From Prevotella sp. (GTDB taxonomy: Bacteria; Bacteroidota; Bacteroidia; Bacteroidales; Bacteroidaceae): 64,000 nucleotides of DNA. The stretch is taken from contig JAILPA010000026.1 in assembly GCA_024690505.1 (NCBI GenBank), positions 8,036 to 72,035 on the forward strand, written 5' to 3'. Positions 8,169 to 17,580 of the stretch are shown one piece after another. The notes beneath the pieces were generated by a model. It saw only the letters and a list, made by a program, of their open reading frames with translations. It was not told where the DNA came from and ran no database searches. The number at the start of each line of letters is the position of its first letter. Within the stretch, counting starts at the first letter, position 1. The position numbers and the translations under genes were made by a program.

Positions 8169-10313
8169 CTATAGTCCTCTGGCTTTGAGCAGTGCTGTTG
8201 CGTCGGGCTGACTCATGCCTGTGAAGTCTGAGAACATCTGCATGAGGTCGCCCGTGTTGCCTCGGCTTAGAATCTTGTCACGCATGTCCTTGCCGGTGGC
8301 AGGGAGTAGAGGACCTCGCTTGGCAAAGACGTCGGCAATGTTGACGGCAAGCACCTCTGTCCATAGGTAGCTGTAGTAACCTGCGGCATAGCCTCCGCCG
8401 AAGACGTGGTTGAAGTAGCTGGTGCTATATCGTGGCGGTATCTGTATGTCGAGGAGTCCCACTTGGCGCAGCGCCTCTTTCTCGAAGGTAGCGGCCTGTT
8501 CGGGCGTGGGGATGGAGTCGGCTGGCAGCATGTGCCATGCAAGGTCGAGACAGGTGGCGGCAAGGTTCTCACCAAGGGCATAGGCGCTGTGGAAGTTGAT
8601 GCTTTGCAACATTCGCTCTTTCAAGTCGGCAGGCATAGGCAGGCCTGTCTGATAGTGACGGGCATAGTGGTCGAACACCTCAGGTATGGCTGCAAAGGAC
8701 TCGTTGAACTGCGATGGCATCTCTACGAAGTCGCGTGCCACGCTGGTGCCGCTGAGGCGGTGGTACTCGCAGTCGGAGAGAATGCCGTGTAGTGCGTGTC
8801 CGAACTCGTGGAACATGGTGGTTACCTCATCCCAGGTGATGAGCGAGGGGGCACCGTTGGGGGCTTTGGCGCTGTTACACACGTTGAAGATGATGGGAAT
8901 CTGGCCCCAGCGGCGGCTCTGCTTGGCGAAACCGTCCATCCAGGCTCCACCGCGTTTGGTGGGGCGGCGATAATAGTCGCAGTAGAACAGGGCTTTGGTC
9001 TTGCCGTTGCTGTCGATAACCTCGAAGGCTTTCATGTCAGGATGGTAGAGTGGTATGTCGTGACGCTCCTTGAAGGTGAGGCCGTAGACGCGGTTGGCGG
9101 CATAGAATACGCCTCGGATGAGCACACTGTCGACATTGAAGTAGGGCTTCACCTCGTCGTCGCTGACGTTGAGCTGCTGTTTCTTCATCTTGGCCGAGTA
9201 GTAGAAACGGTCGTAGGGCTCGAGGGGAGAGTCGGCAGGCAGCGGATTGGCGGTGAGCGAGGCGTTGTGTGCGAAAGCATCGATGGCCTTTGTCTCGGCA
9301 GCGGCTTTCGGTGAGTACTGGCTGATGAGGCTACGCAAGAAGGAGTAGACGTTCTGGGGCGTCTTGGCCATGGTCTTCTCGAGGGAGTAGGCGGCAAAGC
9401 AGGGGTAGCCCATGATCTGTGCCTGCTCGGCACGCAGTTTAGCTATCTCACAGACGATAGGGAAGGTGTTGTAGGGGCCGGTGCCGTCGGCGCGGTGTAC
9501 GGAGGCTTCGTAGACCTGTCGGCGGAGGTCGCGGTTGTCGAGACTGGCCAGCAGGGGTTGCTGCGTGGTGTTGACGATGACGATGGCGTAGGGGGCTTTG
9601 CTGCCTCGGCTCTCGGCATCGGTGGCACACTGGGCAATGTCGGCCTCGCTCAGTCCGGAGAGCTGGTCTTTGCTATTGACCCACACCACGGCATCGTTGG
9701 TGGCTGCTTGCAGCATGTCACCCCACTGCTGTTGCAGGTCGGAGATGCGCAGGTTGATGGCTTTCATGCGCTCCATCTTGTCATCGCTCAGGAGGGCGCC
9801 GTTGCGCACAAATTCTTTGTATATCTCCTCGAGCAGTTTCTGGTCTTCACCCTGAAGCGTGTTGTGTTCCTTTTCGTAGACCTGGCGGATGCGGTCGAAG
9901 AGTGGCTTGTTGAACGAGATTTCGTTCTCCAGGTCGGTGAGCATGGGCATCACCTTCTTCTCGGTCTCGGCTATCTCGGGCGTCTTGTCGGCCTCGGTAA
10001 GTGCGAAGAAGATGCGGCTGACACGATCGAGCAGCTTGCCGCTGTCCTCGTAGGGCAGGATGGTGTTTTGGAAAGTGGGTGCCTCGGTGTTGTCGGTGAT
10101 GCTCTTGATGTTGTCGCGGGTTTGCTGGATGGCAGCTTCAAAAGCAGGCAGGTAGTCGGATGGCTGGATGATGCTGAAGTCGGGTGTGCCGAAGGGCTTC
10201 TGGCTTTCGGTCAACAGGGGGTTGGTGCGCTGGGGCTGCTCAGCGTTCTTACAAGCGTTGAAGGTGGCGACCATGGCTGCTGCGATGGAAAGGGTAGCTA
10301 ATAGTTGTTTCAT
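8169..10313 (-). CDS. dcp: M3 family metallopeptidase (peptidyl-dipeptidase Dcp-like), lipoprotein
   Basis: KRGGAWM, FHEFGHALH (HExxH), RDFVEMPSQFNE, GGYAAGYYSYLW; lipobox FNAC. Confidence 0.92.
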   Translation of the reverse strand: MKQLLATLSIAAAMVATFNACKNAEQPQRTNPLLTESQKPFGTPDFSIIQPSDYLPAFEAAIQQTRDNIKSITDNTEAPTFQNTILPYEDSGKLLDRVSRIFFALTEADKTPEIAETEKKVMPMLTDLENEISFNKPLFDRIRQVYEKEHNTLQGEDQKLLEEIYKEFVRNGALLSDDKMERMKAINLRISDLQQQWGDMLQAATNDAVVWVNSKDQLSGLSEADIAQCATDAESRGSKAPYAIVIVNTTQQPLLASLDNRDLRRQVYEASVHRADGTGPYNTFPIVCEIAKLRAEQAQIMGYPCFAAYSLEKTMAKTPQNVYSFLRSLISQYSPKAAAETKAIDAFAHNASLTANPLPADSPLEPYDRFYYSAKMKKQQLNVSDDEVKPYFNVDSVLIRGVFYAANRVYGLTFKERHDIPLYHPDMKAFEVIDSNGKTKALFYCDYYRRPTKRGGAWMDGFAKQSRRWGQIPIIFNVCNSAKAPNGAPSLITWDEVTTMFHEFGHALHGILSDCEYHRLSGTSVARDFVEMPSQFNESFAAIPEVFDHYARHYQTGLPMPADLKERMLQSINFHSAYALGENLAATCLDLAWHMLPADSIPTPEQAATFEKEALRQVGLLDIQIPPRYSTSYFNHVFGGGYAAGYYSYLWTEVLAVNIADVFAKRGPLLPATGKDMRDKILSRGNTGDLMQMFSDFTGMSQPDATALLKARGL

Positions 10314-10315
10314 AT

Positions 10316-11536
10316 TTATCTGTTGTTGGGTTTTACTTCTGCATCGCTTTTCTTGATGAAGAGATAATCGTGGCCAGTCTTCAGGACGTAGTAGCCCTCT
10401 ATCTCATCGTACTCGTCGGCCAGGATGGTACCTTTCTTAACGGTGGTGAAGAGGGGATAGTCGTCCTCGCCGACGTAGTTCTCGCCGTAGATGGGGGTAT
10501 TTTCGCGAGCGGCGACCAGGATGTTACGGCCTGTGCCATCGTACCACGACTGAGTGCCCATATACTTGGTGTAGACCCACCCCGTGACACTGCCAACGCT
10601 GATTTTGCTCCACTGGTCGCCATATTGGCGCAGTACACCGCTGCCTAAGCCGTGTGACTGCATCCACAGCGTGTCGATGATGGCGGCACGCGACGATGGC
10701 TGAGCCCTGACGTTAAGGAAGTAGTCGTCGGAAGTGGCATAGACCACGGTGAGCACCTCGCCTTGCTGGGTGGCAGCGCGCTGGGGCTTGCCGGGGACGG
10801 CGTAGGTGAAGAGGTTGTTGTCGTAGTCTACGGCATAGAGCACCTCCTTGCCATTCTTCTGCTGCAGCTCGATATACTCCACCTTTTTCACCATGGGCAG
10901 TTTGCTGTAGATGCGGCCGGTGAACTTGTCAAGCATATAGAGGTATTTCTTCTCGGACGTGAAGCCGTAGGAGCAGAAGACGTAGTTGTCGTTGAGGATG
11001 AAAATGTCGTTGCTGACGAGATAGTCGGTCTGCCACACAAGGCGATGCTGCTCCACATCGTAGCAATAGAGCTTGCTTCCCTTGCCGTCAATCTGTGAGG
11101 CATAGCTGGGACAGGCCATGTTGAACAAGAGATGGTGGGTGTCGGAGTCCCATCTCACGTCCTGCACTTCGCAGTAGCGGTTGTTGGTGATGTCGCAGAG
11201 GTTGACGGTGGTAACAGGCTGCTTGCTGTGGTCGTAGAGCACCACCACGAAGTCGTACTGGTTGGCGCTGGTGGGCAGTCGGTAGAAACCCAGCCAACCC
11301 ATATCGGTAGGCTCGGCGATGAACAGCTCGAGGCCTTTGGTCTCGGGAACCGGGGGCAGGTCGTCGCATTGTTTCTCGACCCTCAAACGGTAGATGATGC
11401 CGTTGGGCTTGTTCTTCATCGTCACTTGCTCAGTGCCCCAGCTCTGTCCGTAACGTTTCAGGAGGGTTAGGCGCTGGGCGCTGGCGCTGCATACTATGGC
11501 AACGAGGGCCATCAGGCAAAGGATAAATTGTTTCAT
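10316..11536 (-). CDS. Secreted hypothetical protein: beta-propeller-like N-terminus plus bacterial SH3-like domain
   Basis: Start re-assigned to MKQFIL (signal peptide). FLNVRAQPSS...WSKISVGSVTGWVY is SH3b-like. Confidence 0.6.
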   Translation of the reverse strand: MKQFILCLMALVAIVCSASAQRLTLLKRYGQSWGTEQVTMKNKPNGIIYRLRVEKQCDDLPPVPETKGLELFIAEPTDMGWLGFYRLPTSANQYDFVVVLYDHSKQPVTTVNLCDITNNRYCEVQDVRWDSDTHHLLFNMACPSYASQIDGKGSKLYCYDVEQHRLVWQTDYLVSNDIFILNDNYVFCSYGFTSEKKYLYMLDKFTGRIYSKLPMVKKVEYIELQQKNGKEVLYAVDYDNNLFTYAVPGKPQRAATQQGEVLTVVYATSDDYFLNVRAQPSSRAAIIDTLWMQSHGLGSGVLRQYGDQWSKISVGSVTGWVYTKYMGTQSWYDGTGRNILVAARENTPIYGENYVGEDDYPLFTTVKKGTILADEYDEIEGYYVLKTGHDYLFIKKSDAEVKPNNR

Positions 11537-11706
11537 GGTTCTAACGGAGGTTGATAATATGTGTTGATAGTGAATGTCTGTGGGCTTGCTTGTGCGTGCA
11601 AAGTTAAGTATTTCGCTGCACATACGCAAGAATAATGGGCAACAAAGTTGCATATCTCGGAAATTCTTTTTATTTTTGCAGCCGAATATGCAAGAGACAA
11701 CTACCG

Positions 11707-12492
11707 ATGATGCTAAGAAAATATATTCTTGATTTAAGCGTAAGGGCCGTTGAGCCGCTACACGGAGGCTTCATCTTGATACGCCTGACCCACAGCGAGC
11801 CGCTGCCCCCCATGATGCCGGGACAATTTGTCGAGGTTCGCATAGACCAAGTGCCGGCGACATTCCTTCGCAGGCCTATCTCTATTCATTTCGTCGACCG
11901 CCAACACAACGAACTGTGGCTGCTGGTGGCCTGTGTGGGTGCTGGAACACGGAGGCTGGCACAGCTGAAGGCTGGCGACACGCTGAACGTGGTGCTGCCG
12001 CTGGGGCATGGATTCACTACCCCAGACGGGAAGAGCGCCGGACGAAAAGTGCTACTTGTAGGTGGCGGCGTGGGCGTGGCTCCGCTGCTCTATCTGGGTG
12101 CTTCGTGGAAAGAGAGTGGAGTAGAGCCGACGTTTTTGCTGGGAGCTCGCGACAAGAACGGTCTGCTGATGCTCGATGCCTTCCGGCAGTATGGCCGTGT
12201 ACTCATGACGACAGAAGACGGCAGCGAGGGCGAGCGTGGCTTTGTGACCAACCACAGCATTCTGTCCTGCGAACGCTTCGACCTGATTCAGACTTGCGGT
12301 CCAACGCCCATGATGAAGGCTGTGGCTCGCTATGCCAATGATCAGGAGATTGAGTGCGAGGCCTCGCTCGAGAACTTGATGGCCTGTGGACTGGGATCCT
12401 GCCTGTGCTGTGTGGAGAAAACTACCAGAGGCAACCTCTGTGTGTGCAAGGAGGGTCCGGTGTTTAATATAAAGGAGCTGTTATGGACTTAA
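11707..12492 (+). CDS. pyrK: Dihydroorotate dehydrogenase electron transfer subunit PyrK
   Basis: [38 protein letters not shown]...C 2Fe-2S motif; overlaps pyrD. Confidence 0.93.
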   Translation: MMLRKYILDLSVRAVEPLHGGFILIRLTHSEPLPPMMPGQFVEVRIDQVPATFLRRPISIHFVDRQHNELWLLVACVGAGTRRLAQLKAGDTLNVVLPLGHGFTTPDGKSAGRKVLLVGGGVGVAPLLYLGASWKESGVEPTFLLGARDKNGLLMLDAFRQYGRVLMTTEDGSEGERGFVTNHSILSCERFDLIQTCGPTPMMKAVARYANDQEIECEASLENLMACGLGSCLCCVEKTTRGNLCVCKEGPVFNIKELLWT

Positions 12493-13388
12493 AAGTAAAC
12501 ATAGGAGCCTTGGAACTGAAGAACCCGGTGATGACAGCCTCGGGCACCTTCGGCTACGGGCTGGAGTTTCAGGACTTCGTGCCTCTGGAAGAACTGGGGG
12601 GCATCATTGTGAAGGGCACGACGCTGCATCCTCGTGAGGGCAACGATTATCCCCGCATGGCAGAGACACCCATGGGAATGCTGAACTGCGTGGGCTTGCA
12701 GAACAAGGGCGTCGACTATTTCGCCGCTCACATCTATCCGCAGATAAAGGACATCGACACGTGCTGGATAGTGAACGTCAGTGGGTCGTCGCCCGATGAC
12801 TACGCAGAGTGTGCTGCCCGAATCGATGCACTCGACAAGATTCCTGCCATAGAACTGAACATCTCCTGCCCCAACGTAAAAGACGGTGGCATGGCCTTCG
12901 GGACAAGCTGCCAGGGAGCCGAGAGCGTGGTGCATGCCGTGCGGGAACGCTATCACAAGACACTGATAGTGAAGCTGTCGCCCAACGTGACGAATATTGC
13001 CGACATAGCACGGGCTGTAGAGGCAGCAGGAGCCGATGCTGTGTCGCTCATCAATACGCTCATGGGGATGGCTGTTGACATTGAGAAACGCCGCAAGGTG
13101 CTGTCGATAGGCACTGGCGGACTGAGCGGCCCTGCCGTGAAGCCCGTAGCCCTGCGCATGGTCTACCAGGTGGCCCGTGCGGTGAACATTCCTGTCGTGG
13201 GACTGGGGGGCATCATGTCGGCTGAGGATGCCATTGAGTTCCTGATGTGCGGGGCCACAGCCGTTGAGGTCGGCACGGCCAATTTCATCGACCCTGCTGT
13301 CACCATCCGTATCCGCGATGGCATCAGCGCCTGGCTGGAACGCCACGGCTGCAAGACGGTGAGGGAAATCATTGGCGCTATAGAATGA
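12483..13388 (+). CDS. pyrD: Dihydroorotate dehydrogenase B catalytic subunit
   Basis: [35 protein letters not shown]. Confidence 0.96.
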   Translation: MDLKVNIGALELKNPVMTASGTFGYGLEFQDFVPLEELGGIIVKGTTLHPREGNDYPRMAETPMGMLNCVGLQNKGVDYFAAHIYPQIKDIDTCWIVNVSGSSPDDYAECAARIDALDKIPAIELNISCPNVKDGGMAFGTSCQGAESVVHAVRERYHKTLIVKLSPNVTNIADIARAVEAAGADAVSLINTLMGMAVDIEKRRKVLSIGTGGLSGPAVKPVALRMVYQVARAVNIPVVGLGGIMSAEDAIEFLMCGATAVEVGTANFIDPAVTIRIRDGISAWLERHGCKTVREIIGAIE

Positions 13389-13416
13389 AGACGATAACAA
13401 GATTACCATAACTGAT

Positions 13417-14247
13417 ATGAAACACTTAAGACTACTGGCTATCGTGGCCATCACACTGCTGGCGTTTACTTCGGCAAAGGACGACCAGGCAACTACTATT
13501 TTTATTATTGGCGACTCCACCGCTGCGAATAAGGATATTTCCAACGGTAAGAAGGAACGCGGCTGGGGCATGATGCTGCAACGCTACTTCGACCCCGAAT
13601 ACATCCGTGTGGATAATCACGCCGTGAACGGGCGCTCGTCGAAGAGCTTCATCGACGAGGGACGGTGGGATGCCGTGTTGACAAAGATGAAGCCAGGCGA
13701 CTATGTCATCATACAGTTTGGCCATAACGACGAGAAACCAAAGGCCGACAGACATACCGACCCAGGGTCGACGTTCGACTACAACATTGCCAAGTTCATT
13801 CGTGAGACACGTGAGCACGGCGGCATTCCCATTGTGATGAACTGCGTGGTACGCCGCAATTTCTTCGTGAACGCACCCGAGAATGACGATGACGAGAAAC
13901 TGCGAACCACCACGTTCAAAGATGGCGTGAAGATGGTAGAGGGCGATTCGCTCATTGATACTCATGGCCTCTATGCCGTGGCTCCCCGCGATGTGGCCCA
14001 GCGCATGAATGCACATTTCGTCGACGCTAATCGCATCACCCACGACCTGGAGCAGGGACTGGGCACCGAGGCATCGAAGAAACTGCACATGTGGTTCCTT
14101 CCCGGTGAGGAACCCAGCGTGCCCGAGGGACGGCAGGACAATACGCATTATAATATTTATGGTGCTCAGGTGGTGGCACGCCTCCTGGCTGACGCACTAT
14201 GTCAGGAAGTGCCGTTGCTGAGCAGGTATCGCATCGAGCCGAAATAA
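13417..14247 (+). CDS. Rhamnogalacturonan acetylesterase-like GDSL/SGNH esterase (CE12-like)
   Basis: IGDSTA, RGWG, NHAVNGRSSKSF, QFGHND, DNTH. Confidence 0.88.
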   Translation: MKHLRLLAIVAITLLAFTSAKDDQATTIFIIGDSTAANKDISNGKKERGWGMMLQRYFDPEYIRVDNHAVNGRSSKSFIDEGRWDAVLTKMKPGDYVIIQFGHNDEKPKADRHTDPGSTFDYNIAKFIRETREHGGIPIVMNCVVRRNFFVNAPENDDDEKLRTTTFKDGVKMVEGDSLIDTHGLYAVAPRDVAQRMNAHFVDANRITHDLEQGLGTEASKKLHMWFLPGEEPSVPEGRQDNTHYNIYGAQVVARLLADALCQEVPLLSRYRIEPK

Positions 14248-14270
14248 AGGAATAATATAAATAATGTTAT

Positions 14271-14302
14271 AAATCCCGCGAATATTTGCGGGATTTGTTT
14301 TT
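14271..14302 (+). terminator. Hairpin after the esterase gene, adjacent to the rubrerythrin promoter
   Basis: AAATCCCGCG-AATATT-TGCGGGATTT followed by a T-run. Confidence 0.5.
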
Positions 14303-14367
14303 TCTCCCTATATTTGCACTAGGATATTACACAACTAAACATTCACAATTCAACAACATCAACAACT

Positions 14368-14925
14368 ATGAAGAAAAAGTTTATCTGCGCCGTTTGTGGA
14401 TATATCTACGAAGGCGATGCCGCTCCCGAGAAGTGCCCCATCTGTAAGGCTCCTGCCTCAAAGTTCTCAGAACTGAAGGAAGACGGCGAAACAACGTATG
14501 CCACCGTGCACCGTATTGGCGACGGCAAGCCCGAGGGTGTGTCGGAAGAGATGATCAATGACCTGCGCAACCACTTCAACGGCGAGTGCGGCGAGGTGGG
14601 CATGTATCTGGCAATGGCCCGTCAGGCTGACCGCGAGGGCTATCCCGAGATAGCCGAGGCCTTCAAGCGCTATGCTTTCGAGGAGGCCGACCATGCCAGC
14701 CGTTTTGCCGAGCTGCTGGGTGAATGTGTGTGGGACACGAAGACCAACCTTGAGAAGCGTGCCGCTGCCGAGGCCGGTGCCTGTGAGGATAAGTTCCGCA
14801 TTGCCAAGAACGCCAAGGCTGCCGGTTTCGATGCCATACACGACACCGTGCACGAGATGGCCAAGGACGAGGCCCGTCATGGCGCTGGCTTCGCCGGACT
14901 GCTGAAACGCTACTTTGGCAAGTAA
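14368..14925 (+). CDS. Reverse rubrerythrin / NADH peroxidase
   Basis: N-terminal rubredoxin-like CAVCG...CPIC and a ferritin-like di-iron domain (GECGE, EEADHA, DEARHG). Confidence 0.92.
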   Translation: MKKKFICAVCGYIYEGDAAPEKCPICKAPASKFSELKEDGETTYATVHRIGDGKPEGVSEEMINDLRNHFNGECGEVGMYLAMARQADREGYPEIAEAFKRYAFEEADHASRFAELLGECVWDTKTNLEKRAAAEAGACEDKFRIAKNAKAAGFDAIHDTVHEMAKDEARHGAGFAGLLKRYFGK

Positions 14926-14944
14926 CAACACAATAAAAACAGAA

Positions 14945-14981
14945 AAAATCCGTTTTGTCAATAAGATGAAACGGATTTTTC
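14945..14981 (+). terminator. Intrinsic terminator-like hairpin after rubrerythrin, overlapping the next start codon
   Basis: AAAATCCGTTT...AAACGGATTTTT stem; the ATG at 14966 lies in the loop next to the 3' arm. Confidence 0.55.
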
Positions 14982-16339
14982 TTTATCTATCCATAGTGTG
15001 CACGGTGTTGATGGTGGCCTGTCACGACGATGATTCGTTCACGGCGTCCCCCACTGCAACACTCTCGTTCTCCACCGATTCGGTGAAAATGGACACTGTC
15101 TTCTCAACCGTAGGGTCGAGAACCTATGACTTCTGGGTTTATAACCGCGCGAGGAAGGGTGTTAGGTTGAAGAGCGTACGGTTGGCTCAAGGGAACCAGA
15201 CGGGATTCCGCGTGAATGTGGACGGCTCCTATCTTGACAACTCCACGGGAGCCGTCGTCAATGACCTCGAGGTGAGGAGCCATGACAGCATTCGTGTGTT
15301 CGTGGAGCTGACAGCCCCAGAGAATTACCTCAATGAGCCTCTGATAATCGAGGACGACCTTGTCTTCACACTGGAGAGTGGGGTGGAGCAGCGGATGCCG
15401 TTGCGTGGTTGTGCCTGGGACGCCATCATCTACAAGGACGAGATTCGCATCAGCCACGACACCATCATTGAGAGCCGCAAGCCCATCGTGCTGATGCAAG
15501 GACTGCGGGTTGACAGCACTGCGACACTGGTACTGAAGGGCACCTCACTCTATTTTCACGACCATGCCGGCCTGGATGTCTATGGTACACTTGTGGCCGA
15601 CAGTAGCGTGTTTCGTGGCGACCGCCTTGACCGCATGTTCAGTTATCTGCCTTACGACCGCGTCAGCGGACAGTGGGAGGGCATACATATCCATGCCTCC
15701 TCCTACGGCAACAGGTTTACTGCCTCCGAGATACGCAATGCAGTGAACGGCATCGTGTGCGACTCCACCACGTTCATACCGCGGAAGTTGCGGTTGTATA
15801 TGAAGAACTCGGTGGTTCACAACTGTGCCGGAGTGGGCCTGCAGACTTTCAACAGCTACGTGGGATTGTTGTACTGCCAGTTCACGAACACACAGGGCGA
15901 TTGCGCCGCATTCTATGGCGGAGCCGTCATTATGGACCGGTGCACATTGGCCCAATTCTATCCTTTCAAGGCTGATCGTGGCGCAGCCTTGAGGTTTGCA
16001 AACTACTATAACGGCAATCCTTATCCACTTGAGGCAATGAATGTTACCAATTCTATCGTTACAGGCTATGCCGATGATGTGGTGATGGGCGATGCCCACG
16101 AGAACGATAGCATCACTGCCTTCTCATACTATTTCGAGAATTCGCTCCTTCGCACTCCTGTAGTGAAGGATGCAAAGGATGTCCCTGACACTATCAACTT
16201 CGTTTCCGTGCGTTGGGAGACTCCTAAGGACAGCATTCAGGGTAAGCAGCATTTCCGCCTTATCGATGAGGAGAACCTGCGCTATGACTTTCACCTCGAC
16301 TCGCTTTCCACGGCCCACGGTCTAGGGTGCTACGATTAA
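14966..16339 (+). CDS. Lipoprotein with right-handed parallel beta-helix region (conserved Bacteroidota hypothetical)
   Basis: Lipobox LMVAC, LSFSTDSVKMDTVF, FRVNVDG, GDRLD..YD..GQW, beta-helix-like repeats. Confidence 0.75.
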   Translation: MKRIFLYLSIVCTVLMVACHDDDSFTASPTATLSFSTDSVKMDTVFSTVGSRTYDFWVYNRARKGVRLKSVRLAQGNQTGFRVNVDGSYLDNSTGAVVNDLEVRSHDSIRVFVELTAPENYLNEPLIIEDDLVFTLESGVEQRMPLRGCAWDAIIYKDEIRISHDTIIESRKPIVLMQGLRVDSTATLVLKGTSLYFHDHAGLDVYGTLVADSSVFRGDRLDRMFSYLPYDRVSGQWEGIHIHASSYGNRFTASEIRNAVNGIVCDSTTFIPRKLRLYMKNSVVHNCAGVGLQTFNSYVGLLYCQFTNTQGDCAAFYGGAVIMDRCTLAQFYPFKADRGAALRFANYYNGNPYPLEAMNVTNSIVTGYADDVVMGDAHENDSITAFSYYFENSLLRTPVVKDAKDVPDTINFVSVRWETPKDSIQGKQHFRLIDEENLRYDFHLDSLSTAHGLGCYD

Positions 16340-16426
16340 GAAAAAGCCAAGAAGAGCAAGGTGAGAGGGAAACGCCTTTTTTCAACTTTTCTCGTTGAAA
16401 TGATGGCCGTTTACAGGAAAATTCGT

Positions 16427-16434
16427 ACCTTTGC
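16427..16434 (+). promoter_or_regulatory. Sigma-A -7 element of rnpB
   Basis: TACCTTTG about 7 nt upstream of the RNA 5' end. Confidence 0.7.
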
Positions 16435-16440
16435 AGCCTG

Positions 16441-16849
16441 AAAGCACTGCCTCGGTCTGCCGCTGGCCTTTCTGGAAGGAGAGACGAGAGGAAAGTCCGG
16501 GCAGCACAGGGCACTCCACTTCTGAAAGTAGAAGCAGTTGGCGACAGCTGGTGAGGGAAGAAGAAAACAACCGCCCGTAAGGGTAAGGGTGAGAAGGTGG
16601 TGTAAGAGACCACCAGTCGGCGGGTGATCGTCGGGCTGTTCCTGCTGGAGGCTGCAAGTTCATGTAAACCATCGACATGCTTAGGGTTGCCCGCCCGAGG
16701 ACTTCGCAAGGGGCCGCGATGGAGGGTAGAACGCTAGAGGCGTATGGCGACGTACGCAGTAGATAAATGGCAGGCACCGGCTTTTTTCATTGTGCCTAGT
16801 GTACAAAGAAAAAGCGGGGACAGAACCCGGCTTACAGAGGCAATGCTTT
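16441..16849 (+). ncRNA. rnpB: RNase P RNA (type A, Bacteroidota)
   Basis: GAGGAAAGTCCGGGC (CR-I), AGGGTGAGAAGGTGGTGTAAGAGACCACCAG, AGATAAATG, ACAGAACCCGGCTTAC (CR-V); P1 formed by AAAGCACTGCCTC / GAGGCAATGCTTT. Confidence 0.96.
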
Positions 16850-16900
16850 CTTTTTCTTTTCATCCAAAGTCGTTGTCCGGCGCCAAGCTTTTGATGATAG

Positions 16901-17070
16901 CAAAGTTGTCCTTTGGCTGCATCAAAGTTGTCCTTTGGTCGCATCAAAGTTGTCCTTTGGCTACATCAAAGTTGTCCTTTGGCCGCATCAAAGCTGTCCT
17001 TTGGTCGCATCAAAGTTGTCCTTTGGCTGCATCAAAGTTGTCCTTTGGTCGCATCAAAGCTGTCCTTTTT
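16901..17070. repeat. 22-bp tandem repeat array CAAAGYTGTCCTTTGGYYRCAT, 7 full units plus 1 partial
   Basis: Units start at 16901, 16923, 16945, 16967, 16989, 17011, 17033 and 17055. Confidence 0.95.
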
Positions 17071-17116
17071 CTACGATGAAGCAACCTACGGACGCTCATC
17101 TATTACATGTCCTAAA

Positions 17117-17478
17117 CTATTGCTGTCCGCTAAAACGTTTTCCGTTTTTCAGATTTCATCCTTCATCAGGTGGTTCTCATCTGTTGTGGCGAGAAAGGGA
17201 CTGGGCCGGATGATATACCTTGTAAGAACGGGATGGATTGCGAATTTTCTTTACATTGGTAAACTTGCAAAAAGGGAAGCACCGCTTCGAGGGTGAAATA
17301 GTACCGCTTTTCGGGTCAAGAAGCTGTCCTTTTCCACCCTCAAAGCGGTGCTTTTCCAAAAAAAACGTTGCGCGGCAATTTTTGCAAATTTGAATTTTCC
17401 TGACATTCCGTTCGTCAGACTCAGGGCAGGTTGCCGACCTGTCAACGAGCTGTTGCAATGATTAGCAGACATCGATAG
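17117..17478 (+). mobile_element. Copy B (complete) of the MITE-like element, 362 bp
   Basis: Left end CTATTGCTGTCCGCTAA and right end TTAGCAGACATCGATAG form a 14/17 inverted match. Both are flanked by TCCTAAA (17110-17116, 17479-17485). Internal palindrome at ~17277-17354. Confidence 0.8.
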
Positions 17479-17486
17479 TCCTAAAT

Positions 17487-17529
17487 CTGTAACACGGCAC
17501 GTTACGAAGCGTAACATGCCGTGTTACAG
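17487..17529. repeat. 20-bp-stem near-perfect palindrome downstream of pheS (possible terminator or REP-like element)
   Basis: CTGTAACACGGCACGTTACG-AAG-CGTAACATGCCGTGTTACAG, one mismatch. Confidence 0.8.
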
Positions 17530-17580
17530 TTTCTAAAATTGTCCTTCGCTGTCAAAAATCGTATGGGGCGAGTAGTGAAA

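Noticed and set aside
16260-16777. ORFs overlapping rnpB
   Set aside because: The region is fully explained by the RNase P RNA.
16901-17070. CRISPR array
   Set aside because: The units are contiguous 22-mers with no unique 30-40 bp spacers, and there are no cas genes. The same applies to 28886-29019 and 37998-38078.
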